Assembly: GCA_049366695.1 (NCBI GenBank) | Contig: JBMNCR010000089.1 | Location: 14,358-78,357, forward strand | Origin: Eubacteriaceae bacterium | GTDB taxonomy: Bacteria; Bacillota; Clostridia; Eubacteriales; Alkalibacteraceae | DNA: 64,000 nt | Reading direction: 5' to 3' | Shown here: positions 31,725-41,383 of the stretch, piece after piece | Layout of the letters: each line of letters starts with the position of its first letter | Numbering within the stretch: position 1 is the stretch's first letter | The notes under the pieces: generated by a model | What the model saw: the letters and a program-made list of their open reading frames with translations, nothing else | Database searches by the model: none | Told to the model about the DNA's origin: nothing | Program-made: the position numbers and the translations under genes

Positions 31725-31836
31725 GTGAAAAGGAATATAACTTATAGGATTACTTTTTAATGTTCTTCTAATATAATTTAAAGAGTAAGTTAATTTATTT
31801 AAAATACAATTAAATAAATTAAAAGTCTTTGGAGGC

Positions 31837-32511
31837 ATGGTTATGAAAATTACTTTAGAGCAAGTTGAAGCTCTACGAAAAAAAATCTATTGTGATTATC
31901 AAACAGCAGAAAAAGCACTGAGAAAATCAAAAGGGAAAATCGATGATGCTGTCTTATATTTGAAAAAGAAAAAGAATAGTAGATCAAAGAAAGCTTTTAT
32001 AGAAATTGAACTGATATTGAACAAAATTTTGAGCTATAATTTAATAGTTTATAAAAATGAAAAAATATTGTTTAATTTTCCTATATTTTTAATCGTATTA
32101 GTGATTTGGGTTTTGAATATACCATTCCCAGCTTTATTTGTAATATTGATTTCTGTAATTTTATGTGATTATAACTTTGAGATAATCAATAAGCTAGAAG
32201 ACGATACTTTTAGTTTTAAAAAGTATATGAAACGAAAAGATAATAACTATTATAAGAAATCAAATAGTGATGAAGAACAAAAAAATTATGAAGAAGAAAT
32301 TAATGATAATAAAGAGAACTCTATATACAATGAAAAAAATAATTCTAGTATAAATATTAATAGGAATTTTGGAGAAACACAAATTAAGAATGAAGATAGG
32401 TTTGTTGATGAAGATTCAAAAAATATTATGGAGCAAGAATTATTTACTGATAGTAAAAAAATTAAATATGACGACGATGATGATGGTTTTAATGAAATTA
32501 TAATCGAATAA
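31837..32511 (+). CDS. Membrane protein with an N-terminal EF-Ts/UBA-like domain and a low-complexity acidic tail
   Basis: ITLEQVEALRKKIYCDYQTAEKALRKSKGKIDDAVLYL resembles the EF-Ts N-terminal (UBA) fold. Two TM helices and an Asn/Glu/Asp-rich C-terminus follow. Confidence 0.55.
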   Translation: MVMKITLEQVEALRKKIYCDYQTAEKALRKSKGKIDDAVLYLKKKKNSRSKKAFIEIELILNKILSYNLIVYKNEKILFNFPIFLIVLVIWVLNIPFPALFVILISVILCDYNFEIINKLEDDTFSFKKYMKRKDNNYYKKSNSDEEQKNYEEEINDNKENSIYNEKNNSSININRNFGETQIKNEDRFVDEDSKNIMEQELFTDSKKIKYDDDDDGFNEIIIE

Positions 32512-32528
32512 TTTTAGGAGGTTTTTCT

Positions 32529-33209
32529 ATGTCAAGAATACTTGTTGTTGAAGATGAATCAAAAATAGCTAGGTTTCTTCAATTGGAATTAGAGCATGAA
32601 GGCTATCTTGTAGATTTATCATATGATGGAAGAGATGGATACGAAAAAGGAAAGTCAATAGATTATGATATTATAATACTTGATATTATGATCCCTTTAT
32701 TAAGTGGTATGGAAGTATGTAGACGGTTGAGACAAGAGGGGATACATACTCCAATAATTATGTTAACAGCTAAAGATGATATCTCTGACAAGGTTATGGG
32801 ATTAGATATTGGGGCTGATGATTATATGACAAAACCTTTTGCAATAGAAGAATTATTAGCTAGAATTAGAGTAAGTTTGAAAAGGAAAAAAGAAAAGTTG
32901 TCAGATGCAAATATATTAACAATTGGAAAACTAGTTTTAGATAAAGATCAATATATAGTAATTTATGATGGACAGCAAATAGAGTTGACAAAAAAAGAAT
33001 TTGAACTATTGGAATATCTAATGGAAAACAAAAATATTGTACTTACAAGAGATAAAATTATTGAAAAAGTATGGGGATATGATTATATGGGAGAAACAAA
33101 TATTACGGATGTATACATTCGTTACTTAAGAAGTAAGATAGATCAAAAATTTGAAGTTGATTTAATTAAAACTATTAGAGGGGTCGGATATCAAATAAAA
33201 GATGAATAA
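32529..33209 (+). CDS. OmpR-family response regulator
   Basis: Receiver domain (ILVVEDE, IILDIMIP, LTAKDD) plus a winged helix ending IRGVGYQIK. Confidence 0.95.
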   Translation: MSRILVVEDESKIARFLQLELEHEGYLVDLSYDGRDGYEKGKSIDYDIIILDIMIPLLSGMEVCRRLRQEGIHTPIIMLTAKDDISDKVMGLDIGADDYMTKPFAIEELLARIRVSLKRKKEKLSDANILTIGKLVLDKDQYIVIYDGQQIELTKKEFELLEYLMENKNIVLTRDKIIEKVWGYDYMGETNITDVYIRYLRSKIDQKFEVDLIKTIRGVGYQIKDE

Positions 33210-34674
33210 GATTATTAAAAGTCTAGTAGAAAGCATCAGAGCAGCATCTATGAAAATAATAAATTTTTTTAATTTACCTTTCGCATTAGTTAGTAATATT
33301 AGTACAATACTTAAATTCTCTATAAAAACGAAAATTAGTTTTAACTATATAGTACTCTACTCATGGTCATTTATTATTTCGTTAGTTATTGTATTATTAG
33401 GTTATTTTTATTACAATTCATATCAGATATCAAATAATAGTTTTAGTTATTTTGAAGAAATTCAAGATATGATAAGTAATATTGAGAGAAGTGATCAATT
33501 CAAAAATGAAGTAAAAGAATTTGCAATTGATAAAGAAGTAGAGATATCAATTTTAAGTAGTTCAAAAGAAATCATTGTAGTTACTAGTGATAGTTATGCT
33601 ATTTCTAGTTATAATGATATAAAAGAATCTAATAAATTCTTTAGTGAATTTCCAGAATTTAGTTTAATTAAGTATAAAATTTTTCCAAAAACATACACTT
33701 TCTCAAATTATGATATAACTTTTTTTTATGATATTTCTGAATATATAATTAATATAATACTTATTGGTTCATTGATGATAATAGCATATTTTTTGGGATT
33801 GATGATTATTTGGATATTCGGAAGTATGAAAATAAGGAGAGTACTAAAACCAATAACTGAAATAACAAAATCTGCTCAAAATATAAAAGCAGAAAATCTT
33901 GATATTAGAATTGATGTTGGAGAAGCAAAATATGAGTTGAAAGATTTAGCTTTAACAATTAATGATATGATTGATAGAATTGAAGATAGTTACGTTAAAC
34001 AACAGAGGTTTGTATCAGATGTTTCTCATGAACTAAGAACACCGATTTCCGTCATAAATGGTTATGCAAATATGTTGGATAGATGGGGAAAAGAAAACCC
34101 AAAAGTATTACAAGAATCAATCGATGCTCTTAAAAATGAAGCTAGTAATATGGGAGATTTAGTGGAAAAATTATTATTTTTAGCGCGACATGATAAAGAA
34201 ACTTTAAAATATGAAATGGCTGATATAAATCTTAGTGAAATAGTTGAAGAAACCATAAAAGAAACAGAAATGATAGATGATAGTCATGTAATAAAAAGGA
34301 AAATAGAAGAATCCCTATTTGTTTTTGGAGATTATAATAGAATAAAACAAGTAATTAGAATATTTATGGATAATGCTCTAAAGTATACTCCAGAATTATC
34401 AAGCATATTTGTTAATTCATATAAAGAAAAAGACATGGCAATTATTGAAATTAGAGATTCAGGTATAGGTATATCAAAAGAGGATTTAGGTAACATATTT
34501 GATAGATTTTATAGAGCGGACGAATCTAGAACTAAAAAAACGGGAGGACATGGGTTAGGACTTAGTATTGCAAAAATAATAATACTACATCATGGTGGTA
34601 AGATAAAGGTTAGAAGTAAGTTTGGTTATGGTACTGAATTTAAGATTTATTTTCCGTCAAATAATGCACTATAA
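33202..34674 (+). CDS. Sensor histidine kinase
   Basis: Two TM helices, a HAMP-like linker, H-box FVSDVSHELRTPIS, N-box and G-box GGHGLGLSIAK. It overlaps the response-regulator gene by 8 nt. Confidence 0.95.
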   Translation: MNKIIKSLVESIRAASMKIINFFNLPFALVSNISTILKFSIKTKISFNYIVLYSWSFIISLVIVLLGYFYYNSYQISNNSFSYFEEIQDMISNIERSDQFKNEVKEFAIDKEVEISILSSSKEIIVVTSDSYAISSYNDIKESNKFFSEFPEFSLIKYKIFPKTYTFSNYDITFFYDISEYIINIILIGSLMIIAYFLGLMIIWIFGSMKIRRVLKPITEITKSAQNIKAENLDIRIDVGEAKYELKDLALTINDMIDRIEDSYVKQQRFVSDVSHELRTPISVINGYANMLDRWGKENPKVLQESIDALKNEASNMGDLVEKLLFLARHDKETLKYEMADINLSEIVEETIKETEMIDDSHVIKRKIEESLFVFGDYNRIKQVIRIFMDNALKYTPELSSIFVNSYKEKDMAIIEIRDSGIGISKEDLGNIFDRFYRADESRTKKTGGHGLGLSIAKIIILHHGGKIKVRSKFGYGTEFKIYFPSNNAL

Positions 34675-34710
34675 GAGATTGATATATAATTTCTTATAGT
34701 GTATTTATTT
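34667..34710 (+). terminator. Rho-independent terminator
   Basis: CACTATAAGA / TCTTATAGTG stem overlapping the kinase stop codon, followed by a T-rich tract. Confidence 0.6.
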
Positions 34711-34724
34711 TAAATTTATATATG

Positions 34725-35390
34725 TTATGAAAATTTTGATAAATCGATATTTTGACATATTTCTAATGCTTTGTTTATTTTATCATTATAAATACTTTTA
34801 TCAATTCCTATATTAATTACCCAGTATCTTGTAATAAAAATTATAGATTCTTCAAAAGTAAAATCCACTTCATTGTTTAGTACACTTCTAAACATACTAT
34901 TAGCTACTGCATAGGCTGTTATCCCATAGATTTTAGCGTATTTTTTTTCTAGATTTATATTATATTTTTTGAATATTGAGTAAAATTGATTTTCTATTAT
35001 TTGTGAAAAACTATTAAACTTAGTAGTAATAGATAAATCAAAAGTATTTAATGTTTCCATAAAAAGCTTATTGTATATTTTGCTGGTTGAAACACATTTA
35101 TATGCGAGAATTACGTGTATAAAGTGATTTAGTAACATATCATCCTTAAAAGGAATAATCTCTTCCGATAAATCTACTACGGAAGATAACATGTCAGCGT
35201 AAATAGTGTAAGCAATCTCATCCTTATTATTGAAATAATAATAGATAAGAGGATTGTTTATTTTAGCTACTGTAGCAATGTCTCTTACAGTAATATCATT
35301 CCAATTTTTATTAAATATTATTTGTTTACATGATTCAATAATACTCTTTTTTGTTTGAATACTTTTTTTATATGCCATATTAATCACCAA
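34725..35390 (-). CDS. TetR family transcriptional regulator
   Basis: N-terminal HTH ITVRDIATVAKINNPLIYYYF; about 220 aa and all-helical. Confidence 0.8.
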   Translation of the reverse strand: MVINMAYKKSIQTKKSIIESCKQIIFNKNWNDITVRDIATVAKINNPLIYYYFNNKDEIAYTIYADMLSSVVDLSEEIIPFKDDMLLNHFIHVILAYKCVSTSKIYNKLFMETLNTFDLSITTKFNSFSQIIENQFYSIFKKYNINLEKKYAKIYGITAYAVANSMFRSVLNNEVDFTFEESIIFITRYWVINIGIDKSIYNDKINKALEICQNIDLSKFS

Positions 35391-35430
35391 AAACAGTATA
35401 ACATAATTATCAAAATAACTCTAAGAAAAT

Positions 35431-35459
35431 TTGAAGTTTATAATTATTTTATTTAATGT
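35431..35459 (+). promoter_or_regulatory. Candidate promoter of the structured RNA
   Basis: TTGAAG, a 17-nt spacer, then TAATGT, ending about 6-8 nt before the structured region. Confidence 0.4.
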
Positions 35460-35460
35460 G

Positions 35461-35640
35461 AACACCTTAAACAAGGTAATGGTGTATATCCGAACTCCTT
35501 AGACCCCTTGGTGATGCGTTTTTGTATTTTACGCAGTAGCGGGATTATGGCATGCATTCGACCTTCCTAGGATGATAACAAAGCAAAATACAAAAACGTA
35601 TAGCATGAGGCAGATTGGGATATGCATCATTACCTTTATC
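35461..35640 (+). ncRNA. Structured non-coding RNA candidate with 6S RNA-like architecture (closing stem, large central bubble, inner stem)
   Basis: A 19-bp outer helix (35473-35491 with 35617-35636) and a nested 16-18-bp helix (about 35514-35531 with about 35583-35600). All three non-Watson-Crick pairs inside the helices are G-U on the + strand only. GC is higher than in the flanks, and the element is not upstream of any + strand gene. Confidence 0.45.
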
Positions 35641-35781
35641 AATAGACGGTTAAAAAAAATTCGCATTATCATGAATCGCCTATTTTTAGGTAATTGTCTA
35701 TGTTTAATAATTTTCTAGGTATTTTTTTGGCACAAATTTAAATTTGAGTTTTTCAAAAATCATAGGTTAATATTTGTAATA

Positions 35782-36843
35782 TTAGTCATTTTCGTTGATT
35801 TTATTTTTATAAATATTTTGAATCTCACGAGAACTATACTCTAATACCATGCTTTTTACAAGATCTAAATGATCCAATATTATACCTAATCCATTAATAG
35901 TCGAATATTCAGGGTTTTCAACTTTTTGTGCTGTAATGCCTAATTCTGATTTTAGAAGCTTATCAATATTTTTTAACTTGCACCCTCCGCCAACTAAAGT
36001 AATACCATTTGTTAAAATGTCTGAGGCGCTTTCTGGAGGACAGTTTTCAATTACTCTTTTAATATTATTAATTATTTTATATACTGTCACTTTAATAGCT
36101 TCATATATTTCAACATTACTAATTTTAATTGAGACAGGTAACCCACTAGCAAGATCCTGACCAACAACTTTTTTAGATTTTTCTCCATCGATTAATACGT
36201 CAGCTAGTTCTATTTTTAAACTTTCAGCAGTTAATTCACCAATTTCTACATTATAATTTTTTTTAATGTATTGTATTATGTCTAAATCTATATCATATCC
36301 ACCTATTTTTATAGATTCTTCTGCTAAAATTCCGCCTAATGCTATAGCGGCTACATTTGTAGTACCTCCTCCTATATCTACAATAAATGAAATATTTGGG
36401 CTATTTATATTTTCACCTGTACTTATCGCATCTGCGATAACATCTTTAACTAAAACAACTTTTTTTGCTCCGGATTCGTTGATGACTTCTTCAATTCCTC
36501 TTGTTTCTACTTGAGTTATATTATTTGGGACTCCAACTAAAACATTAGATTTAGTAAAGATTTTTGAAAATTTTTTACCTTCTTTTGTTTTTTCAATAAT
36601 CATTTTTAACATTTTTATTGCAATATCAAATTTATCAATACTACCAAATTTCAAAGGTCTAATTATTTTTATATTAGTAGGAGTTTTGCCTGTCATTTTT
36701 TGTGCTTCATTGCCAACAGTTAAAATTTTTTTTGAATTTATATCAATTGCTACCACAGATGGTTGCTCAAATATTATGCCGTTTCCTTTAGTAAATATTA
36801 ATGTGTTAGATGTACCAAAATCTATAGCAATAAGTTTAGCCAT
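35782..36843 (-). CDS. MreB/Mbl-like actin-family protein
   Basis: IAIDFGTSNT phosphate-1, VDIGGGTTNVA phosphate-2 and LVGGGCKL adenosine motifs. Confidence 0.85.
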   Translation of the reverse strand: MAKLIAIDFGTSNTLIFTKGNGIIFEQPSVVAIDINSKKILTVGNEAQKMTGKTPTNIKIIRPLKFGSIDKFDIAIKMLKMIIEKTKEGKKFSKIFTKSNVLVGVPNNITQVETRGIEEVINESGAKKVVLVKDVIADAISTGENINSPNISFIVDIGGGTTNVAAIALGGILAEESIKIGGYDIDLDIIQYIKKNYNVEIGELTAESLKIELADVLIDGEKSKKVVGQDLASGLPVSIKISNVEIYEAIKVTVYKIINNIKRVIENCPPESASDILTNGITLVGGGCKLKNIDKLLKSELGITAQKVENPEYSTINGLGIILDHLDLVKSMVLEYSSREIQNIYKNKINEND

Positions 36844-37019
36844 TTTCGTGTCTCCCTTTCAAAATATTTGTATTTATTTTTCCATATTTTTATTAACTTA
36901 TTTGAAATAATTATATATTCTAAGTAAAATCTTTAAAAAAAATTTATCCAATGATATAATTGTTCAATAATTAGCAGAATTTTTTATATTTTATAAGTTT
37001 AGAAAAAGTGGTGATATCT

Positions 37020-37403
37020 ATGATTTATGGAAATGGAATCGATATAATTGAAATCGATAGAATAGAAAAGATAGTAAAAAGACATCCGAATTTTTTGAAG
37101 AAATACTTTAACGAAAAAGAAATAGAATATTTTAATAGAAAAAAAAATATATATGAATCAGTTGCGGGGTATTTTGCTGGTAAGGAAGCAATTTCAAAAT
37201 CTATAGGTGAGGGTATAAGAGATTATAATTTAAAAGATATTGAAATTTTAAAAGATGATCTTAACAAACCTTATGTAAAACTTCATAATAATGCTAAAAC
37301 AATTGCTGAAAAAAAAGATATTAAAGAAATATTCCTCTCAATATCCCATTGTAAAGTCTATGCTGTTGCAAATGCTGTTGCTACAGTTAATATTAAAGGG
37401 TGA
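37020..37403 (+). CDS. acpS: Holo-[acyl-carrier-protein] synthase
   Basis: MIYGNGIDIIEIDRI N-terminus and ISHCKVYAVA C-terminal motif; about 127 aa. Confidence 0.9.
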   Translation: MIYGNGIDIIEIDRIEKIVKRHPNFLKKYFNEKEIEYFNRKKNIYESVAGYFAGKEAISKSIGEGIRDYNLKDIEILKDDLNKPYVKLHNNAKTIAEKKDIKEIFLSISHCKVYAVANAVATVNIKG

Positions 37404-37407
37404 TATT

Positions 37408-38916
37408 ATGAATGTAGTTACAAGTGAAGAAATGAAATATCTAGATGCAGTTACTATAGAAACTACTAAAATTTCTGCAATTCAATTAATGGAAAGGGCA
37501 GGAAAAAAGATATATGAAAGCATCTTAAGTGAAAAGAAGCCAAATGTATTATCTGATAAATTTGTTATTGTGGCTGGTACAGGAAATAATGGTGGAGATG
37601 GCTTAGTAGTAGCGCAATATTTACATAATAATAAATTCAATGTAGAAATTGTTATAATTGGAGATGAAACAAAATTTACTAATGAAACAAAATATAATAG
37701 AGATATGATAATTAATATGGGAATGAAAATTAATTATTTAGGTGAAAATTTTACTATAAAACAGTTTGATAAACTTATTAATGAGGCATCAATAATCATA
37801 GATGGTATTTTTGGTATAGGTTTAAATAGAAATATTAAAAATTTATATTTTGAATCAATAAATGTTATCAATAGTAGTAATAGTTATGTATGTAGTATCG
37901 ATATTCCATCAGGGATTAGAGGAGATAATGGAAATATTGCAGGAGTGTGTGTTAAATCAGATTACACTGTAGTTATCCAAAATCTTAAAATAGGTAATAT
38001 TTTGAATGATGCCCAAGATTATCATGGGAAATATGAGATAGTGGATATTGGTATAAAAGATGATATTGTTATACAAAACAAACATTTACTAGAAGAGAAA
38101 AATATAATTAATATGTTCAAGAAAAGAAGAAAGAATACTCATAAATATCATTATGGAAGTGTATTAGTAATGGGTGGAAGTGAAGGAATGACGGGAGCGC
38201 CTTTGATGAGTGCTTATTCTGCTTTGAGAACTGGATCAGGGTTATCAACTATAGGTATAAATGAAAAATACATAAATCAAATATATAATGTTTATCCTGA
38301 ATTAATGGTGAAATCATATAATCATATAAATAATTTAACGGAAATAATAAAAAAGAAACATGCTATTGCATTTGGTCCGGGTTTAGGTCGTAAAGATTAT
38401 AATCATAATATATTAGAATACTTGATAGAAACAGAAATACCTTTAGTAATTGATGCAGATGGAATTTATTATTTAAAGTATCTTATGAATGAAATAAGAA
38501 ACAGAGAGAAAATAATAATCACTCCTCACTATGGAGAATTGGCAATGTTGCTTGAGGTAAATATTAACTATATAAAGGATGATCCCATTAAATATACTAG
38601 TCAATTATCCAAAGAATATGGTATTACTGTTGTTTTAAAGGGTAACTGTACAATGATTTCACATAAAGACGAGATATTTTTTAATACTTTAGGTAATCCG
38701 GGAATGGCTACTGCTGGTAGTGGAGATGTTTTGACAGGAATAATTACTAGTTTGATAGGGCAAGGATTTGAAATTAAAAAAGCTTGTGTGGGGGGAGTGT
38801 ATCTACACTCATTGGCAGGAAATATTGCAGCAGCAAAAAAAGGAGAATATTCCATGATAGCTACTGATATAATAGAATGCTTACCATATGCTTTTAAACA
38901 ATTAAATATTGGCTAA
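37408..38916 (+). CDS. nnr: Bifunctional NAD(P)H-hydrate epimerase / ADP-dependent dehydratase
   Basis: YjeF_N motif AGTGNNGGDG and the C-terminal carbohydrate-kinase motif AGSGDVLTG. The true start is the ATG at 37408, not the track start at 37291 inside acpS. Confidence 0.9.
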   Translation: MNVVTSEEMKYLDAVTIETTKISAIQLMERAGKKIYESILSEKKPNVLSDKFVIVAGTGNNGGDGLVVAQYLHNNKFNVEIVIIGDETKFTNETKYNRDMIINMGMKINYLGENFTIKQFDKLINEASIIIDGIFGIGLNRNIKNLYFESINVINSSNSYVCSIDIPSGIRGDNGNIAGVCVKSDYTVVIQNLKIGNILNDAQDYHGKYEIVDIGIKDDIVIQNKHLLEEKNIINMFKKRRKNTHKYHYGSVLVMGGSEGMTGAPLMSAYSALRTGSGLSTIGINEKYINQIYNVYPELMVKSYNHINNLTEIIKKKHAIAFGPGLGRKDYNHNILEYLIETEIPLVIDADGIYYLKYLMNEIRNREKIIITPHYGELAMLLEVNINYIKDDPIKYTSQLSKEYGITVVLKGNCTMISHKDEIFFNTLGNPGMATAGSGDVLTGIITSLIGQGFEIKKACVGGVYLHSLAGNIAAAKKGEYSMIATDIIECLPYAFKQLNIG

Positions 38917-38934
38917 GGAAAAAGGCGACAATGC

Positions 38935-38962
38935 AACAAGGATATTATTCCTTGTTTTTTTT
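38935..38962 (+). terminator. Rho-independent terminator
   Basis: AACAAGGA tattat TCCTTGTT followed by TTTTTT. Confidence 0.8.
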
Positions 38963-39180
38963 ATTGATTTGGAAATTTTCAGTTTGATATACTTAATGAA
39001 TGTTAGTGAAGTTTCCATTTGGTCATCCTGAGCGAAACGTAGTGAAGTCGAAGGATCTGTGGCTTAAAATGCAAGATATTTACTATTTGTTAAAATATCG
39101 CTAATATGACATAAAGCTAACTCTGTATTGGAAGTAATTTAAAAATCAAAGCATAAATTTGGTCTTTCTTCTTAATAAAC

Positions 39181-40734
39181 TCATAATTTTTCATCAGAAT
39201 ATACATAAGTATTTGAATTTAAAAGTTTTAACGAAATATATAGATGCAGCATTTCATCAGCATTTTTAAAATCGGTTTTACTAATTTCTTTTATACGTTC
39301 TAATCTGTATACAATCGTTGCACGATGAATATATAGGTCTTTAGCTGTTTGAAGCGCATTCATATTGTTTTTTAAGTACATTTGTAGTGTTTGAACGTAT
39401 TCTGTATTGTTTTCCCGATCATAATCATAAAGACGTGATAAAATCGGTGAGTACAAGTATTTGGCGGGAAGTTCTTCAGTGATTTTATTGAGCATATATA
39501 TTAGAACATAATCACAGAATTGGTGTGCTCGCATAGTCGGATTATGTTTGGTTCCAAGTGTAAGTGCGATTCCTGCCTGACAAAAATATTCTTTAAGATT
39601 GCTCAGCCCCTTTGAATAATCACTGTATCCAACTCTAAAATTACCTTCTCTGACGAAATGATTAAAATTTGTAAAATATTCATCTTTAGTTTTTTTAATG
39701 CGACTTAGATTTATAATGACAATTATATTATCATCATTTGTAAAAGCAAAAGTATGTTTGAAGTCATGCATTATTTTATTACAAAAGTAGGTTAAAGTCG
39801 CATTGTAGATATCCTGACTACTGGGTAGAATATGAGCAATACAATAAACGTTCTTTTGACTCCATCCCATTCTTTTTAACTCGTTATTAAATTTAATTTG
39901 GCTATATGCATTTCCAATGATTATATTTTGAAGTAGTGAAATAAATTGAATATTTTCGATTTGATTTAAGGCTATTAGATATTCTGGATCTTCAATCAAG
40001 CATTGTGTTAAATAATCTAAAAGACTCATATCGCTTTCTGTGAACTCATGCACATTCTCAAATACGACAATTCTATATATGAATTCTTCATTAAGAAAAA
40101 TATTCTTGCAAAGGGTTCTAAAGGGAAGAATATTTTCTGGATAAATAAATACATTTCTTTCATCCTTTATTTTTTGATATGCTTTGTCGTTTTTAAATGA
40201 ATTTACTTGATTTATATGAAGCCTTCCAAACTCATCTGTTCCCGTTTCTTCGGTTTTGTTAAATGATGATGTGAGAGACGTACGTGCAACAATATAATAG
40301 TCGGAATTCATAATAGATAAACCGTTTCCAAAGATGTGCTCTGTAATGTCTAATATATGTTGTAATGGTTGATGCTGGCGAATGCTTTGTTGAAGATTTA
40401 AATACCATGATTCATAAGAATCATAAATATTATGGATCATATTACTTAAATTAAAGATATCTTGCGAATCGTCAATAACCAACAAATTCAAATGATCATT
40501 AAAATAGTGTTTTGAAGGGGTAGAAATACATATCAATGCAGAACCTTCCATGAACATAATACTTGATGGTAGCTTTTCAGCAGTGGATATATATAATGTG
40601 TGTGAATTCAAGACAGTCTCATCTGAATAAAATACAGGACGCGGTAAGTTCAATGAACATCCTGATATTCCGATGTTAGAGTTTTTTGCAGCGCTTCCAA
40701 GTCTTTCTTTGATGATTGATAGAGATAAATGCAT
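39181..40734 (-). CDS. PucR family transcriptional regulator (paralog 1)
   Basis: C-terminal PucR-type HTH (NALQTAKDLYIHRATIVYRLERI). 517 aa, transcribed divergently from the corrinoid/methyltransferase genes. Confidence 0.85.
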   Translation of the reverse strand: MHLSLSIIKERLGSAAKNSNIGISGCSLNLPRPVFYSDETVLNSHTLYISTAEKLPSSIMFMEGSALICISTPSKHYFNDHLNLLVIDDSQDIFNLSNMIHNIYDSYESWYLNLQQSIRQHQPLQHILDITEHIFGNGLSIMNSDYYIVARTSLTSSFNKTEETGTDEFGRLHINQVNSFKNDKAYQKIKDERNVFIYPENILPFRTLCKNIFLNEEFIYRIVVFENVHEFTESDMSLLDYLTQCLIEDPEYLIALNQIENIQFISLLQNIIIGNAYSQIKFNNELKRMGWSQKNVYCIAHILPSSQDIYNATLTYFCNKIMHDFKHTFAFTNDDNIIVIINLSRIKKTKDEYFTNFNHFVREGNFRVGYSDYSKGLSNLKEYFCQAGIALTLGTKHNPTMRAHQFCDYVLIYMLNKITEELPAKYLYSPILSRLYDYDRENNTEYVQTLQMYLKNNMNALQTAKDLYIHRATIVYRLERIKEISKTDFKNADEMLHLYISLKLLNSNTYVYSDEKL

Positions 40735-40888
40735 TGTTTAGAACCCCCCCTTATACAAAGTGTATATATTAAAGATGAAAAAGTCAATAATTATGTATAA
40801 TTTACAATTATGTAAATTCATCATAAAATAATAATTGTAAAGCAATTGTGTTTCAAGTAAAAAGAATTAAATATAAGGAGGATAGATT

Positions 40889-41383
40889 ATGGATTTAATG
40901 TCTTTAAAGCAAGCAGTTGGGGATCTTGAAGAAGAAAAAGTGATGCAAGTACTTCAGGAATTTGTAGATTCCAATCCAACAGAAGATGAAGCACAAAAAG
41001 CAGTAGCAGCCTGCCAGGAAGGTATGGCAATGGTAGGAGATTTATATGAAAAGGGAAAATATTTTGTTGGAGATTTAATATTTGCTGGAGAGTTGTTAAC
41101 AGAAGCCATCGATTTAGGAATTGATCAGCCGGTCAATGCTTTTGTGGAAAAAGTGAAAGAAGTAAAACCGAATATTGTAGGGATGAGCGGAGTATTAACA
41201 TTAGCATTAGAAGGCATGAAGGATACGGTTGACGGTTTGAAAGAGGCAGGACTGAGGGATAGCGTTAAGGTTATTATCGGTGGCAATCCAGTAACAAAAG
41301 AAGCATGTGAACATATTGGAGCAGATAACTTTACAACAAATGCTGCAGAAGGTGTAAAAATAACACAAGGGTGGGTGAAGTAA
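40889..41383 (+). CDS. Corrinoid (B12-binding) protein with an in-frame internal deletion of the DxHxxG loop
   Basis: The N-terminal cap helix bundle (GMAMVGDLYEKGKYFVGDLIFAGELLTEAIDL) joins directly to DLGIDQPVNAFVEKVKEVKPNIVGMSG...VIIGGNPVT. The usual GxVxGDxHDIGKN..GFxV block is absent. The protein is 164 aa, against my recollection of about 210 aa for this family. Confidence 0.75.
   Translation: MDLMSLKQAVGDLEEEKVMQVLQEFVDSNPTEDEAQKAVAACQEGMAMVGDLYEKGKYFVGDLIFAGELLTEAIDLGIDQPVNAFVEKVKEVKPNIVGMSGVLTLALEGMKDTVDGLKEAGLRDSVKVIIGGNPVTKEACEHIGADNFTTNAAEGVKITQGWVK

Noticed and set aside
35473-35636. Interpretation of the nested inverted repeats as a MITE or an IS end pair.
   Set aside because: I found no matching target-site duplication in the flanks (..TTAAAC versus TATCAA..) and no second copy in the window. 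The mismatches are strand-specific G-U pairs, which points to an RNA rather than a DNA-level element. A genome-wide copy count is needed to exclude this completely.
39030-39075. The GC-rich motif GGTCATCCTGAGCGAAACGTAGTGAAGTCGAAGGATCTG in an AT-rich intergenic region. It resembles short sequences I have seen giving spurious ORFs in other genomes.
   Set aside because: I cannot assign a fold, a repeat partner or a coding frame from this window alone. It occurs only once, so it is not reported as a feature.
40735-40888. A cobalamin riboswitch upstream of the corrinoid/methyltransferase operon, and likewise at 48170-48245 because of ACCACTG-like text.
   Set aside because: The regions are too short and AT-rich, and they lack the conserved B12-box context and multi-helix core. 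Only an extended -10 promoter (TGTATAAT at 40793-40800) and short AATTATGTA direct repeats are visible.
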